Assembly (NCBI GenBank): GCA_031763465.1
Contig: JARFOE010000005.1
Coordinates: 431,060 to 465,170, forward strand
Source: Squatina squatina
Taxonomy: Eukaryota
DNA: 34,111 nt
Reading direction: 5' to 3'
Part shown: positions 13,658 to 23,740 of the stretch, one piece after another
How positions within the stretch are numbered: position 1 is the stretch's first letter
How the letters are laid out: each line of letters starts with the position of its first letter
Notes under the pieces: generated by a model
Seen by the model: the letters and a program-made list of their open reading frames with translations, nothing else
Database searches by the model: none
What the model was told of the DNA's origin: nothing
Position numbers and translations under genes: made by a program

Positions 13658-13836
13658 GCTGTAAATGTTGGATCAATTGAAAGTTTCAAGATCAATAACA
13701 TTTTTGTTAGGTAAGGATGTCAAAGGGATATGGAACAAAGGCAGGTAAATGGAGTTGAAGTACAGATCAACCACAATCCAACTGAATGGCAGAATAGGCT
13801 CGAGGGGTTGAATGGCCTATTCCTGGTGCTATGTTC
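13658..13836 (+). mobile_element. CR1 LINE 3' terminal fragment
   Basis: aagggatatggaacaaaggcaggtaaatggagttga...gaatggcagaataggctcgaggggttgaatggcctattcctg..tatgttc is a typical shark CR1 3' UTR. Confidence 0.8.
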
Positions 13837-14240
13837 TCCCTCCTTCCCAAGATCCACAAATAGGATTGTTCCAGGAGATCTATCATTTCAGCCTACTCCT
13901 ACCCCAAGGAACTTATCACAGGTCCAGTTCTGGCATCTCCGCTGGCCGTCTTTCCTCTTCTTAGCAACTGGCTCTCCCAGCACGTCGCTCATGTGCTGTG
14001 AACCGATTTCTGGGCCTATGTCTGTTACAAGGTTACCAGATGCTGTTTTCCAAATCTCTCAAGTTATATTTTACGGTATGTTATGGAATGTTTTGCTGCA
14101 GCATTTTCATTGCCTAGCTGCAGACAGCCATGTTGACTGCATTACTTTAAGATTAAAAGATGAGTGTTAGTGTCACAAGACTGAGGCACAATCTTTGGGT
14201 TCTGATGGCATCATAAACCAAGACAGTGAAGATCATCTGA

Positions 14241-14548
14241 CTTCTTCTTCTTAGGCAGTCCCTCGAGGTCAAGGATGATTTGCTTCCACTCCAGAGTTGT
14301 GGGTTCTGAGGTGACAAAATATGCTTGATCTGCAAACTCTACCACAGGTGGGGCAGGTGGTGTTTGATGGGGCAAGTGGGTGGGATGCTTGGATTTTCGC
14401 ACCCTCCTTCCGCTGCTTGTACTTGGCCTCCACGTGCTCCTGCCAGAGAAGCTCGAAGTGATTGGTGCCTTCGCAGATGCTACTCCTGCAGTTCGGGCGG
14501 TCTTGGGCTAGAGATTTCCATGAGTCAGTAGGGATGTTACATTTTTTC
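14241..14548 (-). mobile_element. RTE-clade LINE 3' end: ORF C-terminus with zinc-finger-like motif and (AAG)n tail
   Basis: Translation KKCNIPTDSWKSLAQDRPNCRSSI...CPTCGRVCRSSIFCHLRTH fits the RTE C-terminus (W..LA.DR..WR, CxxC...HLRTH), followed by a short UTR and AAGAAGAAGAAG. Truncated by a gap. Confidence 0.88.
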
Positions 14549-15296
14549 NNNNNNNNNNNNNNNNNNNNNNNNNNNNNNNNNNNNNNNNNNNNNNNNNNNN
14601 NNNNNNNNNNNNNNNNNNNNNNNNNNNNNNNNNNNNNNNNNNNNNNNNCTGGGTTTTCTAGTTTAGGAACTGATAAAATAAGATGCAAAGTTTGGACATC
14701 TGTTTTTAAAAGGCTTAACACCATAATCTTCTGAAAGGCAGACTGATTAACACTTTAGTGAAATGAAGCCAGATGTAAATGAGATGTACAAACTACATCT
14801 ATTAAGGGCAACTGACTATTAACTCGCTCAAGGATCAAACTCAAACATAAGCCGACTGAATGGGCTCCAGGGTTCTGTTTTTATAAGTTTGCTTTTGCCT
14901 TACTTTTGTGCACTTTCTCCACACAGTAATCTCCCAAACTGTGCACCACAGCTCTGGCTGAAAGGGCAGGCAGCAACCAGGGATTGCTTTGTGTTCTCTG
15001 CCAACAGCATGTTCTTCAATTAACTGGTGGCAAGTGTGGATGTGCAAACTGCCAAGGAATCCATGGCAATTCGTCCCTTCTTCCTGTGACACCTTCCCTC
15101 CAATCAGATTTGCCCAAAACTGATGCGTTTGTATTGGATGGGAGAAAAGTACACACAGAATAGTCTGAAGGGATAGGAACAATGAACTCCTCAGCTTAGA
15201 CAATTGAGATTCTGAAAAATCCTCTGCCAGACTTCTGTAGATGGTTTGCAAGCCATTGCAAGGTTTCACATTTTAACTTCAATTTTTAGCTCTCAC

Positions 15297-15385
15297 CTTC
15301 CAACACTGATGTTTTGCAAAGTAGTCGCCTCTTTCTGCCCATTCTTGCTTTGTGGAAGTTTTAACAAACATGCTGTCATCAAGTT
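15297..15385 (-). CDS. TRANK1: Internal 89-nt exon of a TRANK1-like (TPR and ankyrin repeat) protein, LDDSMFVKTSTKQEWAERGDYFAKHQCWK
   Basis: Acceptor tgtttttttcag| and donor AAG|gtgaga, phase 1 to 0, no stop. The peptide closely matches recalled human TRANK1 FDDSMFVKTSTPAEWIAQGDYYAKHQCWK. Not in the ORF track. Confidence 0.9.
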
Positions 15386-17241
15386 CTGAAAAAAACATTT
15401 ATTTCAGATTGAGATCATGGGTCACCAGTGCCTGGATGGCTCATGACTTATCCTGGAATTTTCATCAGTGAAACCCAAGTTGAGAAATCATTACACAATC
15501 ACCACTTTCTTTTCATTACAATGGCCCAAAAAGGCTGAGCTGCCCTATCGATGAGTGTGACTGCATCTGTACTGTTCTCCCAAATCTGTTCTTCAAAAGT
15601 CCACCAAATTTGGTTAAGTATAACAATTAAACAATTGTGATTTCAGGATTAAATATCAACATTTTTCTCATGGATCTTGCATTGGTTTTTCACTATTACA
15701 GTAAAACAATCAAAGATGCTACTATGATGGTTTCTTAGCAACATGTAGTGACTAGCTATTTGCTCAGGAACAGTNNNNNNNNNNNNNNNNNNNNNNNNNN
15801 NNNNNNNNNNNNNNNNNNNNNNNNNNNNNNNNNNNNNNNNNNNNNNNNNNNNNNNNNNNNNNNNNNNNNNNNNNAAAAGAGCAGCAAAATTTATTGTTTT
15901 ACAGACAGGGATAGAAAACACATGCCATCTTTCTCTAACCACTAATGACATCTGACTTGAAGGAAATTGGTGTCATGCAAAAGACAATACAGTGCAGTCA
16001 TTTTCTTCTGTGGCAGTTTACTGATTTATATGCGCCACATTTATTATGTCGGCCTATATCATACAATAAAAGTGCGTGGGAATTCACTATGTATAACTGA
16101 TACACATTGAAGAAATTCTGGGAGCAGAAAAGTTCACTTCCATTCCTTTCAATTGATCTTAATCCCAGTTACCCACTTTCTCACTACATTTGTCGATACC
16201 TTCTTCCACCAGAAATGCATCTAGTTACCTCGTACATCAAAGATCTTCCCTGGTACTTTACAATAATAAAGTACTACCTGCCTTCCTTTCTTATTCCTGA
16301 TTTGCAAATGTTAAACTTGTGCTCATTATTGTTTGAACCCTTCACCATATGAACAATTTGTCCAGTTGTTTCTAATTCCAACTTTTGCAATCTTTATTGT
16401 AAATATATGCACAAGTTGTACTTCCTACAATGAGTTTATTTTCAATCTTAGTTATGAAGAGCAATCTCTGAATGCTTACAATGATTAAAATACAATGCTT
16501 ACATAGGCTTTACATAACTAAAGTTTAATACATAGCAATCCTAATAGACACATACAGGAAACAAACTCTTGGCATTGTCTTGAATGACAGTATTGTTATT
16601 ATGAGGTTCCAGTGACACCATAAGCTATGAAAGTGAAATCTGAATGGTTATCAGCAGAGCCTAGTGGACAAGCATTTGTCCAAAAGTTACGACCAGACTT
16701 TTGTATGATTTACAATAATATCTAATCAAAAGTTTCAAGATGGCAGTAGAGCAGGAGCCAAAAGTATATGGCATCATACTATACTAATGCTGTACTTGGG
16801 TCTGTGTATTCTCCTCCTCTTCAAGGCAAATACACAAGGAAATGTACTGAAATATTATATAAATAATTATAATTAGGAAACTGCTAAATCTGAGTAATAA
16901 CGCTTTTATGAAAGTCTGTACCATTAAGAACAATGATGGCACCTATACAAAATGTAACATTGCTGAGGTCCTGTACTGTTACTGTAAAATAACAAAAAGT
17001 TATCTGTGCTATAAAATTAACTGAACAATACTAGTGAACATTCTCGCACAGGTTTACTAAGTCCCCTCTAAAAAAATCTATTTCAATGATCCAATGCAAC
17101 TATTACTCCCAGATGGTACTCTGACAAATAAAGCCTTTTGTTCAAACAAATACAGTTTGAAGTGAGCTGAGTTTCTGCCAGTTCACAGCACTGGCAGGTA
17201 GAATGCCAGGGAGCTGCTGTGGAGGGGTAGGGATGTCCTAC

Positions 17242-17393
17242 CTTGGAAAGAGATGCTTGGGACGGCTCTTTAATTCTCTGAATAACTGTTCTTCCGAGAA
17301 GTTGCAGTAACTTTCCGCGGACACACGTTGTCTCAAGCTGGAGCTGTCACTCGACAAGCACTCAAAACTCCAGCAACCTCTCTCCCCCCTCAT
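17242..17393 (-). CDS. Candidate first coding exon MRGERGCWSFECLSSDSSSLRQRVSAESYCNFSEEQLFRELKSRPKHLFP
   Basis: ATG at 17393, 50 open codons plus AG, then donor AG|gtagga (phase 2, compatible with the GRAMD1B-like exon). Locally CpG-enriched. No recognised homology. Confidence 0.3.
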
Positions 17394-17583
17394 CGAGGCT
17401 CCACACACGTCACTTACCTTGCACTTTCAGCACAGGGTGGAGAATATAATCGCTACTTTGGCTCGGAGATGTTTTAGAACAAGNNNNNNNNNNNNNNNNN
17501 NNNNNNNNNNNNNNNNNNNNNNNNNNNNNNNNNNNNNNNNNNNNNNNNNNNNNNNNNNNNNNNNNNNNNNNNNNNNNNNNNNN

Positions 17584-18802
17584 GGGAGCAGTGGTCATAA
17601 TAAGCTAGAATTTTATGTTCAGTTTGAGAGTGATTTAGTTAGGTCCGGAACTCAGCTCTTAATCTGAAAAAAAGCAAACTACGTAGTTATGAGGGGTGAG
17701 TTGGCTAAAGTAAGTTAGGAAACTAGATTAAAAGATATGACGATAGATAAGCCAGGGCAAACATGTAAAGAAATAATTCATAATTCACAACAAATGTATA
17801 TTGCTTTTAGGAATAAAAACCCAACTTGAAAAATGGTCCAACCATGGCTTTCGAGAAGTTAAAGATAGTATTAGGTTAAAGAAAGAGGCTTATAAATGTT
17901 GGCAAAAAGAGTAGCAAGCCTGAGGATTGGCAGGATTCTAGAATTTAGCAAAGGATGACCAAGAAATTGATGGAGAGAGAAAAGAGAATACAGGGGTAAA
18001 CTAGCAAGAGACATAAAAACTGATCATAAAAGCTTCTACAGGTATGTAAAAAGGAAGGTTAGCAAAAGTAAACATGGGTCCCTTACAGGCAGAAACAAGA
18101 GAAATTATAATGGGGAATAAGCAGATAGAAGAGACAATAAACAAATACTTTGCATCTCTCTTCACAGAAGACGACAAAAATAATTCCGGGAATAATGAGG
18201 AGCCAAGGGTCCAGCGAGAATGAGGAACTTAAAGAAATAATTATTAAAGAAATAGTACTGGAGAAATTAAAGGGACTGAAAGCCAGCAAGTTCCCTGGAC
18301 CTGATAGGCTACATTCTAGGGTTTTTAAAAAGAGTTGCCTACAGAGATAGTGCATATGTTGGTTTTGATCTTCCAGAATATCCTAGATTCAACCCGTGGA
18401 TTGGAAGGTAGAAAATGGACCCCTGCTATTCACGAAAGGAGGGAGAGAGAAAACAGAACTAGCGACCAGATAGCCCGACATCAGTAGCAGGGAAAATTCT
18501 AGAATCTAATATTAGGGACGTGGTAACAGGGCACCCAGAAAATCGTAATATGATTGGACAGAGTCAACACAGATTTATGAAGGGGAAATCGTGTTTGACA
18601 AATCTAGTAGAGTTTTTTTGAGTTTGTAAATAGCAGGGTAGATATGGGGGAATGAGTGGATGTCATATATTGCGATTTTCAAAAAGCTTTCAATAAAGGT
18701 GCTGCACAAGATGTTATTACACAAAATTAGAACTCATGCAGTTGGGGATATTATGTTAGCATGGACTGAGGATTGGCTAACGAACAAAAAACAGAGCGTA
18801 GG
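17584..18802 (+). mobile_element. CR1 LINE ORF2 fragment (end of endonuclease, linker, N-terminal half of reverse transcriptase), frameshifted and dead
   Basis: Motifs GSSGHN, KSFYRYVKRK, LEKLKGLKASKFPGPDRLHSRV, LTSVAGKILES, QSQHRFMKGKSCLTNLVEFF, LAWTEDWLTNKKQSV are spread over different frames with stops. Fills a whole contig between two gaps. Confidence 0.95.
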
Positions 18803-19684
18803 NNNNNNNNNNNNNNNNNNNNNNNNNNNNNNNNNNNNNNNNNNNNNNNNNNNNNNNNNNNNNNNNNNNNNNNNNNNNNNNNNNNNNNNNNNNNNNNNNN
18901 NNGATTGAAACTGTAGATCCATTGGTGTCAGGTTGGTAAGTTATTCATGTAGTTCTCACATTTGCAGGCAGCTTATGTTGTAAATCAGCCAAAATAGTCA
19001 CTGGCAAAGCAATCTGTGCTGCACCACACTGCACAGTAAACCCTTTGCTCGTGGCTTGCACCACACTCAGTACAGTTGCATGTTTAATTAATCTTTATTT
19101 AGACTGTAAAACCATTAATTTATGATGAAAAGTGATGCCTTCTTTAATATTCCAGCCTAAGAAATAAAACAGGCTTTAGTTTATATTTGTTGTGTTATGA
19201 ATTATTCGCTGAGTTTTGGCCAGCAATCTGACAAAACAACCTGGCATACAACTTCCTCATTATTGGAACTGAAAACAATTAACTGACAAATTTGGAACTC
19301 CCATTGCTCAGTATGCTCTAAGGTTATTCTACCACAAAATTACAGTCATTTAGACTACAAATGCAAAAGATGCTTTGGCTTACAATCAGTCTGATCAAAG
19401 CCAATTACTCCAGAAATCAAGTACCAGCATAACCCATCAGTACACTATACTACACAAAACAGTATACTGTTCTTATCAAGCCAAGAAATACTAATAGTTT
19501 TCTGGTCAGAGAATGTAAATTCATTGTCTAAATTCACTTGGAAATAACAGATTAAATAATTATTATGGAAACTGTTACTCAAATNNNNNNNNNNNNNNNN
19601 NNNNNNNNNNNNNNNNNNNNNNNNNNNNNNNNNNNNNNNNNNNNNNNNNNNNNNNNNNNNNNNNNNNNNNNNNNNNNNNNNNNN

Positions 19685-19720
19685 CTGACGAAGGGTCATC
19701 GACCCGAAACGTTGACTCTG
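19685..19720 (+). ncRNA. Minimal type I hammerhead ribozyme motif (5' strand of helix I lost in the gap)
   Basis: CUGACGA core (19685-19691), helix II GGGUC/GACCC (19693-19697/19701-19705), GAAA (19706-19709), palindromic helix III AACGUU, NUH triplet GUU (19711-19713). Confidence 0.7.
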
Positions 19721-19781
19721 TTTTTCTCTCCACAGATGCTGCCTGACCCGCTGAGTTTTTCGACCATTTTTTGTTTGTATT
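19685..19781 (+). mobile_element. Penelope-like element terminal repeat fragment
   Basis: ctgacgaagggtcatcgacccgaaacgttgactctgtttttctctccacagatgctgcctgacccgctgagttttt matches a very abundant elasmobranch repeat as I recall it, and carries a hammerhead core. Confidence 0.75.
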
Positions 19782-22285
19782 CTCTTTATGTAATGATGCC
19801 TAAGATTTGCAAGTACATGAAGGCACAAACCTTCGGTGAAAGAGAAGTATATTCAGATAAAGGTTGTCTACCTGCTGGGATGTTAACTGACACGTTGATG
19901 ATTCCAGCTTATATATTTTATGGGATACACATTGCTTATACAGCAGTTTAACTTTGAGTTCCACTCATGTACCTTGAACGCAAATTGGTTTTATTGATTT
20001 TAAACACTTGGAATAATCTACAGATATCTAGATAGTGCCATAAAAATTGATCTCCATAATCATTCTCCCACAGGTATAACCAGCCAAATACAATTTATTC
20101 CGAATAATTCAAACTTGATCTTTTTGAACTAAAACAATTTAATTTTTCAGATTTATTTATAAGAAAATAAACATTTGATTTTTCATGTGTAACAATCTCA
20201 CAGAAATAGCAACTCTGAGTCAACAATAAATGCTACAATAGAACCATATGATTCTCCAACTGACTCTATTAAAGTTGAAATACATTTTCATTAAACCAAG
20301 ATATTCTGTGACCATTTCTAGTGTCTTTAATAGCATGCTGGGTGAGACCAACAAACTCAGGACAGACTGAGCCTCAAATCTGACCTTTATCGTCTGTATG
20401 AATCAGCTACTCATTGTAAAACTCACTGAGCCCTTGTGGGAGCTTTCAGTAGTGTTTAAAGGAGCATTATATTTAGAAAGCAGCAAAGAGTGCCACTCTC
20501 CTGAATTTACTTGAAAGTCGCACTCTGTGAATTGGCACGACAGGGGAAACACAGCCACAGAATGACCATGGCAAATTGGCCACTGTGAATCGTGTGTCTT
20601 GACATCATCAACTAGTAACACCACGACATGCAAAATGCATATGGCTTGGGAAAAAGTGCGTGAGGACTTGAGTAACGATGTCATGTCATCAGATTATAAG
20701 ATCTCTACTGAGAGCACACAGCTGCCAGTGTATTTACTGAGTACAGTAAGACTGGTGGCAGGTACTAAGTTCTGGGGAAAAATGGATCTTTCCAGCCACC
20801 ATTCTAATAAAACCTTCATCTGGCTGCTGGCTGCTGGCTGCAGGAAATCGAGATTTCGGGATCTGGTGCTTGAAGAACAATATGAAAGTGGCTCGAATGG
20901 CTTGCAGCAATACACATTGACTGAGTGGTATAATTCTCCAGTACTCAAATTTCAGATCTCATTTACTTATTCAGAAAGCTTTGGCAATTACATATGGAAA
21001 TACTAAATTTGCTGATTAAAAGTTGAAGGGCCTGCGTGAGGCCTTGCAAATTATAATGCTTGTTCAGATGCCAGACACAGCTAATAGCATAAGCTAATGG
21101 GAAGAGGGTGTTTGGCTGTGCAAATACTGTTTTGATTTGGTTATGAAGTACTCTTGCATAATATAATGCAACAAATCTGCTGAGTCTGATTGTATGCTCA
21201 ATTACTACTAACTCTGACTAGAAAGAACAGAAATTGTTTTCAGGCTGATTAGGCTATTTACAAATAGCTTCCGTCAAGCATCATAACCATCCTTGTAATA
21301 TGAACAACTCAATTGGCAAACAGTGCTATGCCTAAGAAACAAAGTTTCGAATGAGCATATTCTTGAGGCTTTCACGAGAAGGATGCCACCGAGGTGAGGT
21401 ACTAGAGCCCCATGCGTCCGGCCCCAGTGTGGATTACCTCTTTCGGTCAGGGGCGGGGGGAGAAAGTTGGAAAAGAAAATAATATAGTCCATTCGACAGA
21501 CATAGTTATCACAGTCTACAAGTACAATTGGATATGACCATGATACTAGGTTTATTAACGTTTCTGAGATGAGAAGTAAGCTATGATGAAAGATCTTGAA
21601 GCTTTTCTCACCATGTCTTGATTGTAGAGATAGGGAAGCAGCTCAACATCTTAAACCTAAAACAAAACAAACTCTTACCACAGTGGATTACTAGGATTTG
21701 GGTGTTATTTTAATGGCCTCAACACTCCCACACTGCCTTCAGGTAAAAACATTAATCGAGGTGCTCAAAGACACAAAAGACAACTTACTTGTTACTGCAT
21801 ATTACTGCAAAATGTTTAATTAATTAATGTCTTTTAATATTACAAACCTTATTTTGGACACTAGAACTCTGAAATTCTGCACAGTTCTTCTGGTCTCCCA
21901 TTGCAACTTTGACAGGAGACTGGTGGAAACCTTAGAAATATGGCGGAAAATGGCTGTTTTCTGGGGTTTATGTTGTTCCTTCACCAAAGTTATGATAGGA
22001 AACCCCAGAATTTCAGGGCTATTGGGTCGTTCAAGATGAGTCTNNNNNNNNNNNNNNNNNNNNNNNNNNNNNNNNNNNNNNNNNNNNNNNNNNNNNNNNN
22101 NNNNNNNNNNNNNNNNNNNNNNNNNNNNNNNNNNNNNNNNNNNCAGTGCCATTCCATCTCCTGATGTTTTAATGTGCTCAGGTCTGTCCCAGCATTCCAG
22201 TCCCACAAATCCAGGAGGCGGAGAAAAGCAGCAGGAAAAGTTTCTCATCAAGTTGTGGATTCAATGTCGAATTTTAAAAGCCACC

Positions 22286-22322
22286 ATGATTTTGTCCTCT
22301 CTCACTTTTGTGCTAATGCTCG
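22286..22322 (+). CDS. CLMP: Signal-peptide exon (coding exon 1) of the CLMP-like gene, MILSSLTFVLML(G)
   Basis: Kozak-like context GCCACCATG, 12 hydrophobic codons plus G, donor G|gtaagt (phase 1). Joins in frame to 32044 to give MILSSLTFVLMLGCARLWTAIAQSEIKK. The link crosses gaps, so it is inferred. Confidence 0.72.
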
Positions 22323-23454
22323 GTAAGTGGTTCATTATAACAGATTTTCTTTAGTCTCTCTAATCCAAATGAAAAGTGAAATATGTGAAACTTTGTATAG
22401 CACTTTTTGGATCGTTTCTCTGTCTGGTTTCTGGAGTCTGATGGTTATTTTGTACCAGTGTGGGTGAGGCTGATAAAGACTTTGAGACCTGTGCTAAACT
22501 TACTGTATTCAGAGAGTTTTTGTGGTATTTTGTGAAATACATTTTTTTTCTTTCATCAGAGAAAAAGAGCTCTTGGACATTACTAATGTTGGATACATTA
22601 AAGTACAGTTTGTAAAATGTAGATTGCCATGGGCTTTTTAAAAATTTGCGTTGTAACCTCAAAACAAACGTTGGAGCTTTACTATATTTATCATTTTAGC
22701 ACAGAAATGACATTGTATCTCTCAAAGAATTAAAATAGTTCATCAAAGTCTGATGCTTTAACCAAAGTTTTAATGTAATTTTACATCCCATTTTTAAAAT
22801 GATTTTCTTCCCACTTTGTAATGTATCACTCCCTGGGCAATGCCACTCTCCAGCTGATTGATGCGAGCTGGTTAAGAGGGACCTTTCTTCTTTTCTCACT
22901 GTCTCGAATAGAATTGCCTGTATTTCGGTCATAGTATCAGGATGTTCATGATTGAGAAATTATTTTGTGGTNNNNNNNNNNNNNNNNNNNNNNNNNNNNN
23001 NNNNNNNNNNNNNNNNNNNNNNNNNNNNNNNNNNNNNNNNNNNNNNNNNNNNNNNNNNNNNNNNNNNNNNNAATGATATTTACTTTTAAGATTAGACGAA
23101 CATTTTATTGCAACAATGACAATGTGCCATATTACAAATAAAAATGAGGTGATGCTGTCGTGTATATAATTGCCTTTAGGTCTTTTTTTTCGTTTAGTTT
23201 AAAACTTTTTCTCAGTGCAATTCACTAAGTAAAAAGCAGCATTGTTTCCAAAAGATGTAACTCGACCCATATTGGAAACAGATGTGCGCTGTTAGATTAA
23301 CAGTTTCCAGACCAAATTTTTTTTTAAAAAGCGGGCAGACTGGGTTAATGAAGTGAGAGAGAGGTGAGAGAGGAGGGGGAAGAGGCAGTTTATTTTTTTA
23401 AAAAAAACACACAATTGAAGATAAGATTAATACTGCCTGACTACTCTGCTGAGT

Positions 23455-23575
23455 GAGTGTTTGACGGTCTTGCCTTTATGTATAGCGCGGCCTCGGGGGA
23501 GGGGAGCTCTGCTGTCGCGAGGCCAAAAAGCCCTTGACCCGGCGCGTGAGCCTGTGGCAGTTGGGCGCGAGCCAC
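23455..23575. promoter_or_regulatory. CpG-rich segment, possible edge of a promoter/CpG island
   Basis: Dense CpG (gcgcggcctcgg, tcgcga, ccggcgcg, ggcgcgag) in an AT-rich background; TATA-like TATACATAAAG on the minus strand near 23474-23484; cut by a gap. Confidence 0.35.
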
Positions 23576-23675
23576 NNNNNNNNNNNNNNNNNNNNNNNNN
23601 NNNNNNNNNNNNNNNNNNNNNNNNNNNNNNNNNNNNNNNNNNNNNNNNNNNNNNNNNNNNNNNNNNNNNNNNNNN

Positions 23676-23740
23676 TGAACTAGAATGACTAGAATCATAC
23701 AAGAGTGCAGCACAGAAGGAGGCCATTTGGTCTATCGAGA
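23676..23740 (-). mobile_element. CR1 3' terminus remnant
   Basis: tagaatgactagaatcatac...cagcacagaaggaggccatttggtctatc is the reverse complement of a CR1 tail. Confidence 0.65.

Noticed and set aside
13903-13992. Minus-strand 30-codon frame MSDVLGEPVAKKRKDGQRRCQNWTCDKFLG with an NLS-like KKRK and a GTAGGA donor
   Set aside because: Short, no recognised homologue, weak donor context and wedged between two LINE remnants.
13730-14170. 146-aa ORF MEQRQVNG...
   Set aside because: Begins inside a CR1 3' UTR and reads into unrelated sequence.
20599-21006. 135-aa ORF in unique-looking sequence
   Set aside because: No recognisable motif or splice-site support.
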